Assembly (NCBI GenBank): GCA_003614675.1
Contig: ML002279.1
Location: 1 to 48,311 of the forward strand
DNA: 48,311 nucleotides
DNA from: Dimargaris cristalligena
Lineage: Eukaryota
Direction of reading: 5' to 3'
The position numbers were made by a program, and so were the translations under genes. Shown piece after piece: positions 34,324 through 46,971 of this stretch (positions are counted from its first letter, which is position 1; every line of letters begins with the position of its first letter). The notes beneath the pieces were generated by a model. That model was not told where the DNA came from. It was given only the letters and a program-made list of their open reading frames with translations, and made no database searches.

Positions 34324-37300
34324 ATTTTTTTAACTCAATGCCTATTTTCCCAAGCATTCCAACCATCAAAACCCCCCAATTGCAAGTCACGTGTATAGAA
34401 GGGTTCGACGTTGACTAATGCGAGCAGACGCCTAATACTTCAGCATCTCTGTATTAGCTGGAGTGACCAGGAATTGGGTGTGGGGAATTGTATATACCTC
34501 CAAACCAACCCACGAGAAAGTGTCAGGCTACTCAATACAGATATAAAACGCATTTCTAGCCCCCGTCAAAAAATCAAAACCAACGAGGTTGTTATAATCT
34601 GGGCGAATCATAGTAATTTTTATACCAAGCAATGTTTTTTGCACTATTGGACTGGAGAGATTAGTCCCTAAAAAACGTAAAGATGGGCTTTTATTGAAAT
34701 ATAATGGGGGGCGGTACCCAACAGTCGTTAGTTGAAACGAGGATTGGCGAGAATTAGTATGATGTTAGTGGGGCATTCATGAAACATTTCCACATGGAGC
34801 TTATAACCACAGGGGAATAGAAAATGGAAACCCCATTTACCAAGTGGGATTCTCATCGACATTTGGGCGTAGGGCCAAGGCGATTCGAACAAAAAAAAAG
34901 GCGGACGCCAAGCTGCTTAAATGAGCCTGCAGACTAATGGAATGTACTGCAATGGGCAGGATGGGGTTAGTACCCATTATTCCACTTTATTGTCGGTAAA
35001 AATGGGAGTGATGAAGTGAAATCCTCAGAAACGGTCTTAGAGTGACCAGGAAAAGAGTGACGATTTGCGCCCCGTTTGATCGCCTACCAACAATCTTTGA
35101 GCCTTTCTTGTAATCAGATTGAAGGCACTAGCAAGTAGAATAAATAAGGGGAGATTTGCAATTTTGGATGGGTGAGAAACAGTATCAAATTCCAAGTAAT
35201 CAGTTGAAAAACCAAACGAGGGGGGTTTTCGGGAATGGTCACTCACTACCATTTTCCAAATGAGTAAAACCGTAGTGGGGTTGAGTGTACTGCGAGAGAT
35301 GTCGACTGTGCCATTGGGAAGTAATGGGAGTGGATGGACATTGGTGATTATGAAGCCAGTATTGCTTAGTTGAATGCTAGTAAACTGGCCGCACACTCAC
35401 AATCCCTAACCGCCTGGCCCTTTTCACTCAAATTGAGCCCTGTAGAGGGTTATACCTGGGATGGAAGGAGGGGCCAATCTGATTATCTGGAAAATGTATA
35501 AAAAAAAACTGCCCTAACATTAGCCTGCGTCGTGTATAGGCCCAAGATATCGTTGGAAATGCAAATAGCTAATAGTATTACCCAGGTGATTCTTGGGTTT
35601 CCGTTTGATTCTTGTGAGGGACGGAGTTGTCATAATTTTTTGTAAGTAGGGCCCAGTAGGAACATCGGCCAGCAACAGGTTGGGGGGTCTATTTCTAACT
35701 ATTTCACTTTCCGCGCGCCTACTGAACCACCATAACTGCAAGCTACGGGCTCTGCAAAGCCGAATATCGCTGCTACCATATATCGATACAGTGGCCATGG
35801 TATGCAGTCGCTGATATATTCACCAATTTGGGCTAAATGGAAGAATCTTAATGGGTAGAGTGGAAGGAGGGTAGGAAAAGTGGATATGTTCGCCTGGTAG
35901 TTAAGCGAACATACAGCGACCCATTCTTACCGACCGGCTCTACCACCCCGGTAGGCATCACCCCCTCCGAAGAAACGCCCGGAAAAGTATATAGCATATG
36001 CAGAGTACCGTTTATTTGGTAAGCAGAGCGGTATCCACAGGCCGGTGCCATGTAGGAGGGGGTGTTGGGCGCCAGTAGCGAATGCATTAAAATTGCGTCT
36101 CCCCCTGCATCATTTCGAGAGGGACGGCGCTAACGATAGCAGCATAAGTGGTGCTTAAACAATGACGACACGCCGATCGCTGCGTAAGCCTGGCAGTTTA
36201 GTGGAAAGGAGAGGGGAAGTAGAAGGCGGCGGCGACACATTGGTGACAATAAGGCCAAACGGCCGCCCCCATGCGCGAACTCCCCTGTATGTTATTTTTA
36301 AGGAGAGAGGGCGGTAAAGATTCAAGGCACTTATGGTGGAAGTCACTTAGTAACAAGTAAGTGGTAGTCCATTTCCGATCCTTTACCATCCACGCCTGAC
36401 CTATACTATATTTAATACTAATCCCGAAAAAGGCTGTGAGGGTTCAGTGAGTCTCCCAGTCCTTTAACTAGCCAACCATATGTAATGGAGGGAGGAGAGG
36501 GAATCCTCGAATCCATCTGTATCCACACTCTCTCTATGAATATCCCGGCTGGCTACTCCAACATAAAAATACCTCCTGACTAGCAGGGCAATCGCTTAAC
36601 TGATACAATTGCTATTACGAATATAAGCGCCAAGAATGTTTCCCGCCTTGGGTATACCCACTATTATATATCAGTAAATAAAGATGTTTTATATTTCCAC
36701 GAACCACTTTAGCAACTCTGTGTTTATTGTCGCTACAGGTCAGGGTCCATTTGGCCATTCCAAAAAGAGTAACTTATGCGTTTTACTAAGTATATATAAA
36801 ATGGGAATCAAGACCAGTGGAAATAGCGGGGATAGGGGGTTTCGTGGCAGGGGAAGAGTGGGGGAAAGTCGGGCCATATACCACTGCCCTTTTCTTGGCC
36901 CACAGGGCGCTCGATCCGGCTGCGCTTAACATTTTTTGCTTCACTTTAGTGTCGGAGTTGGATCTTCGTTCCGGTTAGATTTCACAAAAGTGTAGTACTT
37001 GGTCCGGGTGAGCCATCATCCCACCCCGTGAAGCGCAGTTGTTTTTGAAGGGATGAACACGGTCTTGGCCGGGCGAATGAAAAGTGACTGCAGCTGGCCA
37101 TAGACTTATCTATTTGGGTATTGTGTTGGGGGGTAGGAGGGATCCCTGCCGTTCTTTCCCGATACTTTTTCGTCTTTTTTTCTTATGTAGATATGTCGCT
37201 TTAAATATCTCAAGAACCAACACGGAAAACCCACCTATACGGCCATGGTATTGCATTCACATATGTTTAAGCTGAGCATCACAGAAATAAGGCCAGCTCG

Positions 37301-40300
37301 GGTTGGCTACAATATAAATCGCCTGGTTCCATGATGTAATAGATGAAACGAATCAAACTGCCGGAATTATGGACAGTGAGAAACCGCATTATAGTTACTC
37401 TAGTAATAGCACCAATAGGCAGATGCCGATGAGAGTGGGGCTGTAATGGCAATAGGAAAAGGACAACCTCCGTAACTGGACTTGCCGATGGTGGAAGATC
37501 AGCGGCCGGCTTCCAATATCACAACAATAGCTATTCATGAACTAGGCGACCAGCCCCCCCTGCCTTGCAGTCCTCAAATTATCCGACGCACGTTGGCTTA
37601 TTAGGCCATATCCAACCATTATATTATTTAACCCCCACCCCCCAATAATGTTACAAAAGCGTAGGGATGTTTTATATCAGCTAAATCAGTTGTGCCCCAG
37701 ATTCCATTAAAACGAGTTGCCGGGAGGGTTAATTGGCCTAAATGTAGTGGTAAAGTAAAGTGAGCCGGTCTAGAGAGTGACATACAACAGTGCATCATTA
37801 GTGTATAGTCTTATGTAGTATACTTTGCCCCTTGGTAAAAGCCGGATGCAGCCAATACTGCAGTATTCTCAAAATGTTAGGCTAGGGCAGCTCGGGACTG
37901 TCCCCAACCGGCTGGTATAGGCAATTGGATATCAAGGGGGGATTATTGAGACTACTTGGCATTAGGATCATCCCGAAACCACCAGACTAGGCTCTGGTCC
38001 GAAATTGAACGGGGCGTAATGGCCTCTAATTCTCATGAGTGTCTGAAAGGCCTCTCCCCTCCTAGAGACATTACCCACTCCCCCTAAACCTACCGATCCT
38101 CTAATTTGGTTTAATGTCTGCTGTGTCAATCATTGTCTAATAAGGCCTCTACAGAAATATCGGGCCCTTCGAAAAGATACAGGGGGAATCCTACAGTATC
38201 CGTGGGGACAGACTGTTCAAAGATTCACTTCTGGGTTGGATTGCATGCGACTGCTACGGCGACAAAGATGGTTCTCTCTCGAGGGCACTCGGTAAGGATG
38301 TTCATTAAAAATAAAAAATAAAAAAGTAATCCGACTTACCATTCGTACGGAGAAAAGGTCTGAGATTTCCCAACTGGGTGTCAAATGGTGGGTCTTGAAA
38401 ACGGTTGGGTAACGCGGAAAAGCACCCAGTGATTTGTTGGAATATTGGCACAATTGTTTCCCCCGTGTTTGGGACTGGCCCATCTGTTCAGCACCGTGCG
38501 TTATGGAAGGACATAGGTTGTGAACAAAACACCGGACTGGCCAAATTAGGCTAATGCCAGACGAAGGGGACCAAGAGTGTGAAAAAGGGGGAGAGAGAGA
38601 GAGAGAACGATTCCCTGGTGCGAATCAAGAGTCGCTGAACTACTTGCACACTTCTACGTTCGGCCCTGTCAATAACTTACATACCTGAATGTATTTGGGA
38701 TCCCTCCATTCTTCAACCGCCGCTAAGTATATTGGTATTGGAAGCCTGGTTGGATATGGCTATTATCCGCCCCAATGCTAGTGTAACCTCAATCCACCTC
38801 TCCATTCGCCAGCGTACCTCAGTGACCAACCTATAAAAAACCATCCTTCAACCGGTTTACTCACGTTTGCTAAATGACTATGGAATTCACCACTAACTTG
38901 ACACTGAAACCCTTCGTCGCGGCTCAGTGGCCTGAGAATTTAGCGCCAGAAATGTCCCGCAACTAGGGGCAACAATTGGTTAAGCCCTTTGCGTTTATGA
39001 GTGGGTGAGGGGGCCAATTGTGCTTTCGCCGTGGTCATGAACGACAAATGGACTTCCCCTGTCCGTTACAATCTCCAGGCACCTTGGCCGAACTCATGTG
39101 GCAACAGATAGGTGTATTAGAAACGGGGCGGGCTTAGTCACGCTCAGGAATTGGAGTTTAATTGACATGGGGCGCCGAATTTAGCCTCATTTCCCTCCTC
39201 ACTCACCGATACTCTGACTCAGTGCTAGGTAACAATTTGACACTGGTAACTCCTGGGACTTGAGTAAGGGGGAAAATTGGCTAAATTCCCCATAAAATGT
39301 TGGAGTGAGAGAGTAAGGGGTGAAAGGTCGTTAAACCAGGAGGAATGTGGCCCGGACGCAAGGCGATAACCACCAGGTAGCTATCGGTTTCTTCTCTATA
39401 CACATGCACCCACCCGCCTCGTACCCAAAGAAGTAAGGACAGGGAAGGAGGGGGATGTACAGGTTACATTAGCGAGTCTCCTCGTATTGCCGTCTCACAC
39501 AATGGGCAAAGCCTCCAAATCATGGTAAGTCGGACTTTTGGGCCTTCAGGAAGGTGGCCTTGAAAATGTTACGAATATGGCCTGTGGGGCCCGAGTATTG
39601 GTCAGTCTTGGCTATTCGCCCTCTTTTCGGATTGTTCGTTCTTTTACGAAGTGTGGCTGCATGGGCGGCGGTTTCGTTGGACATTGGGCCATCTCCCTCC
39701 CCCCGTCACACCACTAATAACCTTTCCATGCCCCACCAACAACCAGTAGTACTTCTTTTCTCACAATGGCAGGTGATAACCGGTATTTCCTCCCAAATGC
39801 TCCTCCCGCTCTCTACTACCCCTTCATGCTAGGTACAGTTTAACTTACTCCGATTTGTTGTGATGAGGCAACGTGCATACCCGGGCTCATGTCGGAGACG
39901 TGTTATTTGGGCTAGTCAGGTGGCCACATAATCACCATGGCTAACCATTCGCGCGGTTACTTGCATATTGGTTGGGCCACGCTTAACCTCTAGAATGAAC
40001 GGGTGCCTTTAAGCCGATTTGGTCTGGTACATATTGGCGGATTTAGGCCTTTTGAACCCCCTTGCGTCATCAGTCGCTCCCTAAGTTACCTTGTACCCTC
40101 CCGCTTCCTTTTGTCGGGCATGGTTTTTTAAAATGAAATCCCCGCATTAGCCTTGGCCAAATTAGGAGGATACCTTAGGACTGCCAATTCCATTGAACCA
40201 GACGATGGCCACTAAAATTAGAACGAAGGATTTTAGTACTATCAGCTGACTGTCACCAATCGAAAAGTGATCACCACTGGCTGAATTGTATAACTATTTG

Positions 40301-42978
40301 AATATGTTTTTCTATATATACGGTAATAGTTGTGAGCAATGAAAACGACCTTGGGGGCAGTGTTGTGTGGACGCGAGGCCACTGGAGTAGACGTTCGGCG
40401 GGGATTGATAAGTGGGCCCAATTATCCCCAAGAAAAAATCTGACTAGTATGAATTACGTACACACTCAACCAAGCCCCTTGAAGTCATACAGTGGAAGCC
40501 AGTGAACCTACCCGGTCTAACGTGCCTCCTTCTCTGTCCTTCCCTCGTTTCAATATATAAGGATATTAAAAAGGGAATGATCAAACGGCTGTATCGGGAT
40601 GGAGATTGGATGAATGGGCAAAATAAGGGGGAGGGGAGAGGGCGGACAGTGGTAGTAGTAGTAGTGGGCAGTGGCTTCAAAGCCGTCGTTTTCTAGCCAA
40701 ACAAAATGACTGTATTGGAAATGGAGGAAAGGGGATTTCGAATAGGCAGCGTAGCGTGCACCCACACCCTCTCCCACTGGCTGGAGTCATCGGGTGAGCC
40801 CGTAACGATAGTTTGGGCCCGAACAAGCTACACCGGGGTCGAAAAAAAAGGAGGGGGAGGGGATGCCTGTTGTGTACTGGTTGAATACGAATTTTGTTGG
40901 GAAACACGGCGCTTAGCCCACCCAGTCCCTATTCTCCCCCTTAGACCACCTCCCCTTCCACACTCTCCCTTCACCCCACCGCCAACTACGCCCCGATGCG
41001 AGGACTATTTAAATTTCGCTGATTTCCTGGCCTTCCGCCCATTTAAACACCGCCGTTCTCTTCCAAGTCGCCAACCTTCATCAGTCCGCATCCTTCTCAT
41101 TACGCCCTCGTTTCCCGCTACTCCATAACTATTCGTCAATTGGTATACTTAAGTCGGCCATGGCCCCCTCCTAGGTCTGCCTAAATTTACCAATCCGTCT
41201 CTCCCTTTTTTTCTGCTGCTCATCACTATATTTAAGGATATTTATTCGCCTATAGCGAACCCCTAGTAGGCTTCGTTCTATTTATTACCACCCCATTTTT
41301 TAGCATTGCTTAATTTTGGCTTCGCCGTTTTCCGACTTGAAGGATACTGGTTTCAACACCATTGTTTGTTAATGTTGTTGGCCCCAGTCCACCTTTAGCT
41401 GTTGCAACCCAGCCCTGGTATTTGATTCTATTTTTTTCATCCCACAGGTGCTTGCCGCAGTGGCGGAAAACTCTGCGTGCTCTTTCGACTATATTTTAAT
41501 TATTTATTACCAGCCCGACATCGCGCCATTTCAACCACTTTGTAATCTACCTCGACCCACCATCGGTTGGTGAATTGTACAAAATCGATACTCTCTTGGA
41601 TTCCGTTTACGCATTTCTATATTTATATCCCGGTGGCTTTATTAATTAATTTATTCAAGGAAGAACCGCGTGGCTAATCAGTTCTCGAATTTCATATTCT
41701 TAGGTAAGTTACTGATGGCATATTTTAATGGATTTTATTCATTAAAATTCTCGTTTGGATCACCTCACCCTTTTCACGCTCTCCAATTCTTGCTGAAGGG
41801 GAGGGGGACAGGTTCAATGTGGGCCTGGAAGGACATTTTTCCTCTTATGGACGCAATGTCCATTTTTATTTTCTCTTCCCTTCTTATTTTTTTTGAAAAA
41901 TATTTTTATATACATTGCACGTGTGGTGAGAGGGAGAAGATTGGCAGCCCAGTCGCCTTCTCGGTGGCTAGACAGTGCCGGTATCCGGACTAGTCGATCC
42001 TTTCCATTCATTGGATTATTGGGGGGACTCAGTTTCTCTCCCCAATGCCATATCGGACTATTGGAGGGGAGTGCATCCTCCGGTTTAATCCGGAAGGTCG
42101 CACTAGTTATTTGCGGATGGCACTATCATCGGCAGGTGTGTTTCATATAGTCTCTGACCTGGCCTGGGCTTTTCTCGTGCTCTCTTTCTTTATCTCCGGA
42201 GATTAGTTGGGTGTTTGGAGGGGGAGCGAGTGCCAGCGGAGGCCATGGAATTAGGCTAAGGGGTGGTGGTTATTCTGGGGTGTGTACCCCACCTACTCTA
42301 CTTGGTGATGGAAAAGGTTGATGTAGCTGCATCGAGCTCCATTTCCCCCGCCTCTATTGTGACTATTTAGTGATTGACGTGAAGGATATACATTCGGGTT
42401 ATAGGAGCACTGTGCCCAGCACGGCCTCTACAGAGACTGCCTCCTCATTTGCTTACCTCCCCCGCCTATTTCCACACTAGTCTATTTTGCGAATTTCTCC
42501 CACTTACACCTTTCTTCATCACTTGGGTTCTGTTGGTGCCCTGTCTCTCGCTGGGCTGCCCTAACCCATGTTCTTTGAGGATCTAATCCTTACACCCCTC
42601 CAACTCTCTTAAACTTGCCGGTATCCAATTTCGTAACGGAATATGGCATTTTAAATGGTTCATCCTCAGGAAATTTCCCCGCCATATAACCTGATTTATA
42701 AAGGGCAGTGGGCCCAGCTTCGGCCATCCTATTGCTGCTTATGTGTTCGTTGTTTAGCACCGGATAACTAATCTTTTTGGTCATATTTATACATATTTTT
42801 TCTTGGATATTCTCCCTATACATATTTTCTGTGCAACCCGGCTTCTCGCTCCTTCGTGTCACCGGTCCGCTCGCTTTCCTTTCCGCTATCCCTCTCTCAA
42901 CTTCTTGCGCCCCTCTACCGCTTGATCCCCACCCCATATCATCCCTCCTCCTCAACATATATCAATATCCTATTTACC

Positions 42979-45900
42979 ATGACTAGCGGCCGCTCTTCCC
43001 GTTACTCTTTCCAGCCCGGTCAGTTTCCCTTTCCGCCCGAATACCCCGTGCCGTCGCCACCACCAGTACACGTCGAGCACCCCCCCGCCAAAATGATGAC
43101 CAACAGCCTGTTTCCCGGTATGGCCCAGTCCAAACCCGACTTTGAGAACCATGATCCTACCGTCGAGGTACCGTACGCCTTTTCCAGCTACACCGAGGCC
43201 ATGAAAAAGTGCACCCGCGATAACCGTGAATTCAAAGTCATCGTCCTCGAAAACCAGATGGAAATCATGCTTATCAACGACCCCGAGGCCGTCAACGCCT
43301 GCGGTGCCCTCAATCTGCTGGCCGGTAGTGGCCTCGACCCGCCGGGCCTCCACGGTCTGGCCAATTTAACCCTCAAATGGATGATGCGGGCGTCCAAGGC
43401 GTATCCCACTGACGGTCAAATCCACAATTTCATCAAGGAACACCGGGGTATCATTTACTCACACACCACACTCAAGACCACCGAAATCTCATTTGGTTTA
43501 CCCGCGGAGGAACTCAAGGAAACCCTCGAGCGGTTGGCCAGCCACCTGAGCGACCCCCTGTTCCAGCGTCAGGCCGCCGAAAAGGTGGTCCACGAAATTG
43601 ACCTCGACCACCGGAAATTCCTCAAGCAGGAGAATATGAGCATCAAGTTACTCGAGCGTAACTTCTTCAAACCGCAAGACAAGATGACCCACTTCAAAAC
43701 CGGAAATCGGGAAACTCTGCTGGTCAACCCACCTAAACTCGGTATCGACATCCACCAGGAGGCCGTCAAGTTCTTTGACTGCTACTATTCGTCTAATTTG
43801 ATGAAGATGGTGATTCTGGGTAACCAGGGTCTGCCCACATTGACCGAATGGGCCATTAATACCTTTTCCACCATCTACAACAAGATCGTGCCCGTGCCCC
43901 AGCTCGAGCGGATTCCCCTGCCCGCCGATTTTAACCGGCAAATTCTCGTCAAGTCCCACCAGCACACCCGTTCTCTGGTGCTGCTGTTCCCCCTGTTCTG
44001 CCAGGCCAATGGGCTCGCCACCGATGTGCCCGATGCACCCCTGCCAGGGGAGAGCCCCAACGCCAGCGGTAAGGACCTCTCCAACGGCGGTGTGGGGTCG
44101 GACAACGGTCACTACCCACACCACCACAACCATCACTCATCGGCCATGAGCGATTCGGATAAGAACTCGGTGCTCGAAAGCCAATCCGACCTCAAGTCGG
44201 GTCGCGGCGAAGAGGACATGTACGGTAAACCACGCAGTCGGCGCAGCAGTCTCAGCAGTGAAAGTATTCGCAGTCAGCTCAGTACCTCCACCACCGCGGC
44301 CCCTTCGTCCTATGCGAACGGGTCTATCCACGGCCGGATGCCTCCGATGCCCCCGAACATGATGAACCCCATGGGCTTCACGCCCCAGCAGATGGCGGCC
44401 ATGAATATGAATATGAATATGAACATGTACAATATGCAGCAGATGGCCGCCGCCATGGGCGGTATTAACCTCAACGGACACGGTGGGACGTCGCCCACGG
44501 GGGCGGGTAACGCCACCAATGGTGGAGCCCAGGGGATGTTCAACTTTCCCGGTATGCCTAATCCCTACATGATGCAGTCCGGCGCGGGCGGTTTCATGGG
44601 CAACCCTGCTTATAACCCTTACGCCTTTAATCCCAGCATGGCCATGGCCATGGGGATGAATATGGCCTTCATGGGCGGTTACGGCCACCCCGGCATGGCC
44701 GCTGCCGGAGGGGGGGCTCAGCGGGGTTATAATCCCCACATGGCGAACGGTGGCCACCACCCCCACATGATGAACGGGGCTGGATATCCGGGCATGGGTG
44801 GATTCATGAACCACTCGGGTATGCTGCAGGACGTAAGTGTGGGCCCGACCGCGGCCGGTTACCACTCCTCTACCCCCCAACTGGATATGCACGAGGAGTG
44901 GGCGCCCGCCCTCGCCTACATTCGCCACCTGCTGGAACTGCGCACCCCTGGTTCGATCATTCATTACCTCAACAAGAAGGGTTGGGGCACGTACATTCAT
45001 ACTTCGGATATTATGGATATGGACTGTGATACCCCCTTCTTTAAGCTGACCATCAGCCTAACCAAGGTCGGTTTCGAAGCCTACGAAGAGGTGGTCCGCG
45101 CGGTGTTCCAGTACATGTACATGATCCGCCGGGCCGGTATCCAGCACTGGCTGTATGACGAAATTCGTTCGATTGCGGCCATCAAGTTCTTCATGCGGGC
45201 CAAGTACAACGATTTCGATTGTCCCCGTTTCTCCGACATGATGGCCCGCGACGACCTGGCCCCCAACATGTACGTCTGCGACCACGCCATGTACTATCAG
45301 TGTAATCCTGACGTGATCCACCAGGCCCTGGCCTGCTTCCACCCCAAGAACTTCGCCGTGTTGGTCGTGAGCCGGGACATTGAGTCTCCCGGTATGTCGC
45401 GCGAAATGTACTACGAAACCAAGTACCAGGTCACGTCGCTGCCGCTGACCCTCCAGATGGCCTTGGCCAACCTGAAGCGCAACGACAAGTTCTTCCTGCC
45501 CTCCAAGAATCCCTACGTGATTGAGCGCTGGGAGAACCTGGAGTCCTCTGGTCAGCCCGACAAGTCCATCTCGATTCTGTCCGATACGCCCCAGAGCCGC
45601 TGCTGGTACTTCCGTACGAACCACTTTACGCCACCCCGCAGTAACATCCACATTGCCCTGCAAAGCCCCCTGTCGTTCAAGACGCCCGCCTCCAGTGTGC
45701 GTACTAAGATCATGATCAAGTTATTGCAGGAGCGTTGTAAGAAGCTCATCGACTCGTCCAGTTCCGCCGGGGCCGCTTCCATGTTCTATTCCATCGACGC
45801 CGGTCCGGATGGTATCCAAATCTCGCTCGAGGGCTTCAACGAGAAGAACGACCTGATGCTGACCAACGTCTTCACCGCGCTCCACGACATCAAGGTGGAC

Positions 45901-46971
45901 CCCTACCGGCTGAAGTTCTTTATTGACGAGTACATTCTGGATCTCAACTGCGATTCATCCCAGAACTCGGAGTGCCCGACCATGTTCATCGAGAGCGCGC
46001 TCAAGGGTTACGTGTGGCCCCACGACGTGCAGCTCAATGAACTGCGCACCATCACCGTGAGCGACATTAGTCAGTTCATCCAGAACTACCTCAACCGTAC
46101 CCACGTCGAGATGTTCGTCACCGGTAACGCGACCGAGACCGAAGCTTTGGACTACCTCCACCTGGCCGAACGGTACATGAAGCGCACTTCGGTGCTTAAG
46201 GTTGAGCGGTACACCAACACGTCGATGCATATTCCCCTAGGCGGTCGGTTCCTCTACCGCCTGCGGACCAAGTCGCAGCTGGCCGCCCTTCCGTCGCCCA
46301 CGGGCATGGGTGGAATGGGAAACCCCACCGGACTACCGTCATCCAACTCATCGGACGAGCCCTCCCGGATCGCCTACTTCGTCCAAGTCGGTGACTGTTC
46401 CGAGGCGCGCCTCCGGGTCTACCAGGACCTGGTGGCCCGGGTGATCCACGACAAGTGTCTCCTATCCTTCATGGAACAGCTCAACCTCACCCAGATGGAA
46501 TGCCAGGTCCTGTGCAAGCCTAACCTTCCGCTTGGTATGGTGTTCTCGGCGGCCGGCCGCAAGGACCCTATGTTCCTGGAAAGCGGCATGGAACTGTGCC
46601 TGCAGACCGTGAAGCGGCACCTGTTGGACATGTCGCCCATTGTGCTGGAGGAACACGTAGAGAAGCTGCGTCAGGAGAAACTGACCCAGGCCAAGGGTGC
46701 CACTTCGACCCAGCTGTGGCACGGTATCATCTACGAATGCCCCTCCATCTACCAGGCCGAGGAGCTCGACATTCTGGCTTCCATCAACAAATCGGGACTC
46801 ATGGAATTCTTCAAGCGGTACTTCGATAAGAATACCCGTTACCTCACGAAACTCTCCGTTCATGTGTCAGCCCACGACAAGATGCCCATGATGGACGGTC
46901 AAGTGTTCGTCAAGGACGTCAAGATCCTTAAGACACTGCTGCAGAACTCGGAAATGCCCCGGTTGAACTAA
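42979..46971 (+). CDS. Insulinase family (M16A, IDE/Ste23/Axl1-like) protein, predicted catalytically inactive, with a large low-complexity insertion, ~1330 aa
   Basis: Intronless ORF, first ATG at 42979 (MTSGRSS). M16 hallmarks: DNREFKVIVLENQMEIMLINDP, GSGLDPPGLHGLA, FKTGNRETL, FFDCYYSSNLMKMVILG, HLLELRTPGSIIHYL, FFLPSKNPYV, HVEMFVTGN, KLSVHV. The HxxEH position reads NLTLK. Confidence 0.92.
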   Translation: MTSGRSSRYSFQPGQFPFPPEYPVPSPPPVHVEHPPAKMMTNSLFPGMAQSKPDFENHDPTVEVPYAFSSYTEAMKKCTRDNREFKVIVLENQMEIMLINDPEAVNACGALNLLAGSGLDPPGLHGLANLTLKWMMRASKAYPTDGQIHNFIKEHRGIIYSHTTLKTTEISFGLPAEELKETLERLASHLSDPLFQRQAAEKVVHEIDLDHRKFLKQENMSIKLLERNFFKPQDKMTHFKTGNRETLLVNPPKLGIDIHQEAVKFFDCYYSSNLMKMVILGNQGLPTLTEWAINTFSTIYNKIVPVPQLERIPLPADFNRQILVKSHQHTRSLVLLFPLFCQANGLATDVPDAPLPGESPNASGKDLSNGGVGSDNGHYPHHHNHHSSAMSDSDKNSVLESQSDLKSGRGEEDMYGKPRSRRSSLSSESIRSQLSTSTTAAPSSYANGSIHGRMPPMPPNMMNPMGFTPQQMAAMNMNMNMNMYNMQQMAAAMGGINLNGHGGTSPTGAGNATNGGAQGMFNFPGMPNPYMMQSGAGGFMGNPAYNPYAFNPSMAMAMGMNMAFMGGYGHPGMAAAGGGAQRGYNPHMANGGHHPHMMNGAGYPGMGGFMNHSGMLQDVSVGPTAAGYHSSTPQLDMHEEWAPALAYIRHLLELRTPGSIIHYLNKKGWGTYIHTSDIMDMDCDTPFFKLTISLTKVGFEAYEEVVRAVFQYMYMIRRAGIQHWLYDEIRSIAAIKFFMRAKYNDFDCPRFSDMMARDDLAPNMYVCDHAMYYQCNPDVIHQALACFHPKNFAVLVVSRDIESPGMSREMYYETKYQVTSLPLTLQMALANLKRNDKFFLPSKNPYVIERWENLESSGQPDKSISILSDTPQSRCWYFRTNHFTPPRSNIHIALQSPLSFKTPASSVRTKIMIKLLQERCKKLIDSSSSAGAASMFYSIDAGPDGIQISLEGFNEKNDLMLTNVFTALHDIKVDPYRLKFFIDEYILDLNCDSSQNSECPTMFIESALKGYVWPHDVQLNELRTITVSDISQFIQNYLNRTHVEMFVTGNATETEALDYLHLAERYMKRTSVLKVERYTNTSMHIPLGGRFLYRLRTKSQLAALPSPTGMGGMGNPTGLPSSNSSDEPSRIAYFVQVGDCSEARLRVYQDLVARVIHDKCLLSFMEQLNLTQMECQVLCKPNLPLGMVFSAAGRKDPMFLESGMELCLQTVKRHLLDMSPIVLEEHVEKLRQEKLTQAKGATSTQLWHGIIYECPSIYQAEELDILASINKSGLMEFFKRYFDKNTRYLTKLSVHVSAHDKMPMMDGQVFVKDVKILKTLLQNSEMPRLN
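44401..44424 (+). repeat. Coding (ATGAAY)4 repeat encoding MNMNMNMN
   Basis: atgaatatgaatatgaatatgaac within the M16 insertion. Confidence 0.9.

Noticed and set aside
42856-42978. ORF-track N-terminal extension of the M16 protein
   Set aside because: It starts at GTG in a pyrimidine-rich leader; the first ATG is at 42979.
44137-45663. Long antisense ORFs (287 aa, 201 aa and others) within the M16 gene, with similar ones in PLC and TRM11
   Set aside because: They are shadows of GC3-rich codon usage on the sense strand and contain no recognisable motifs.
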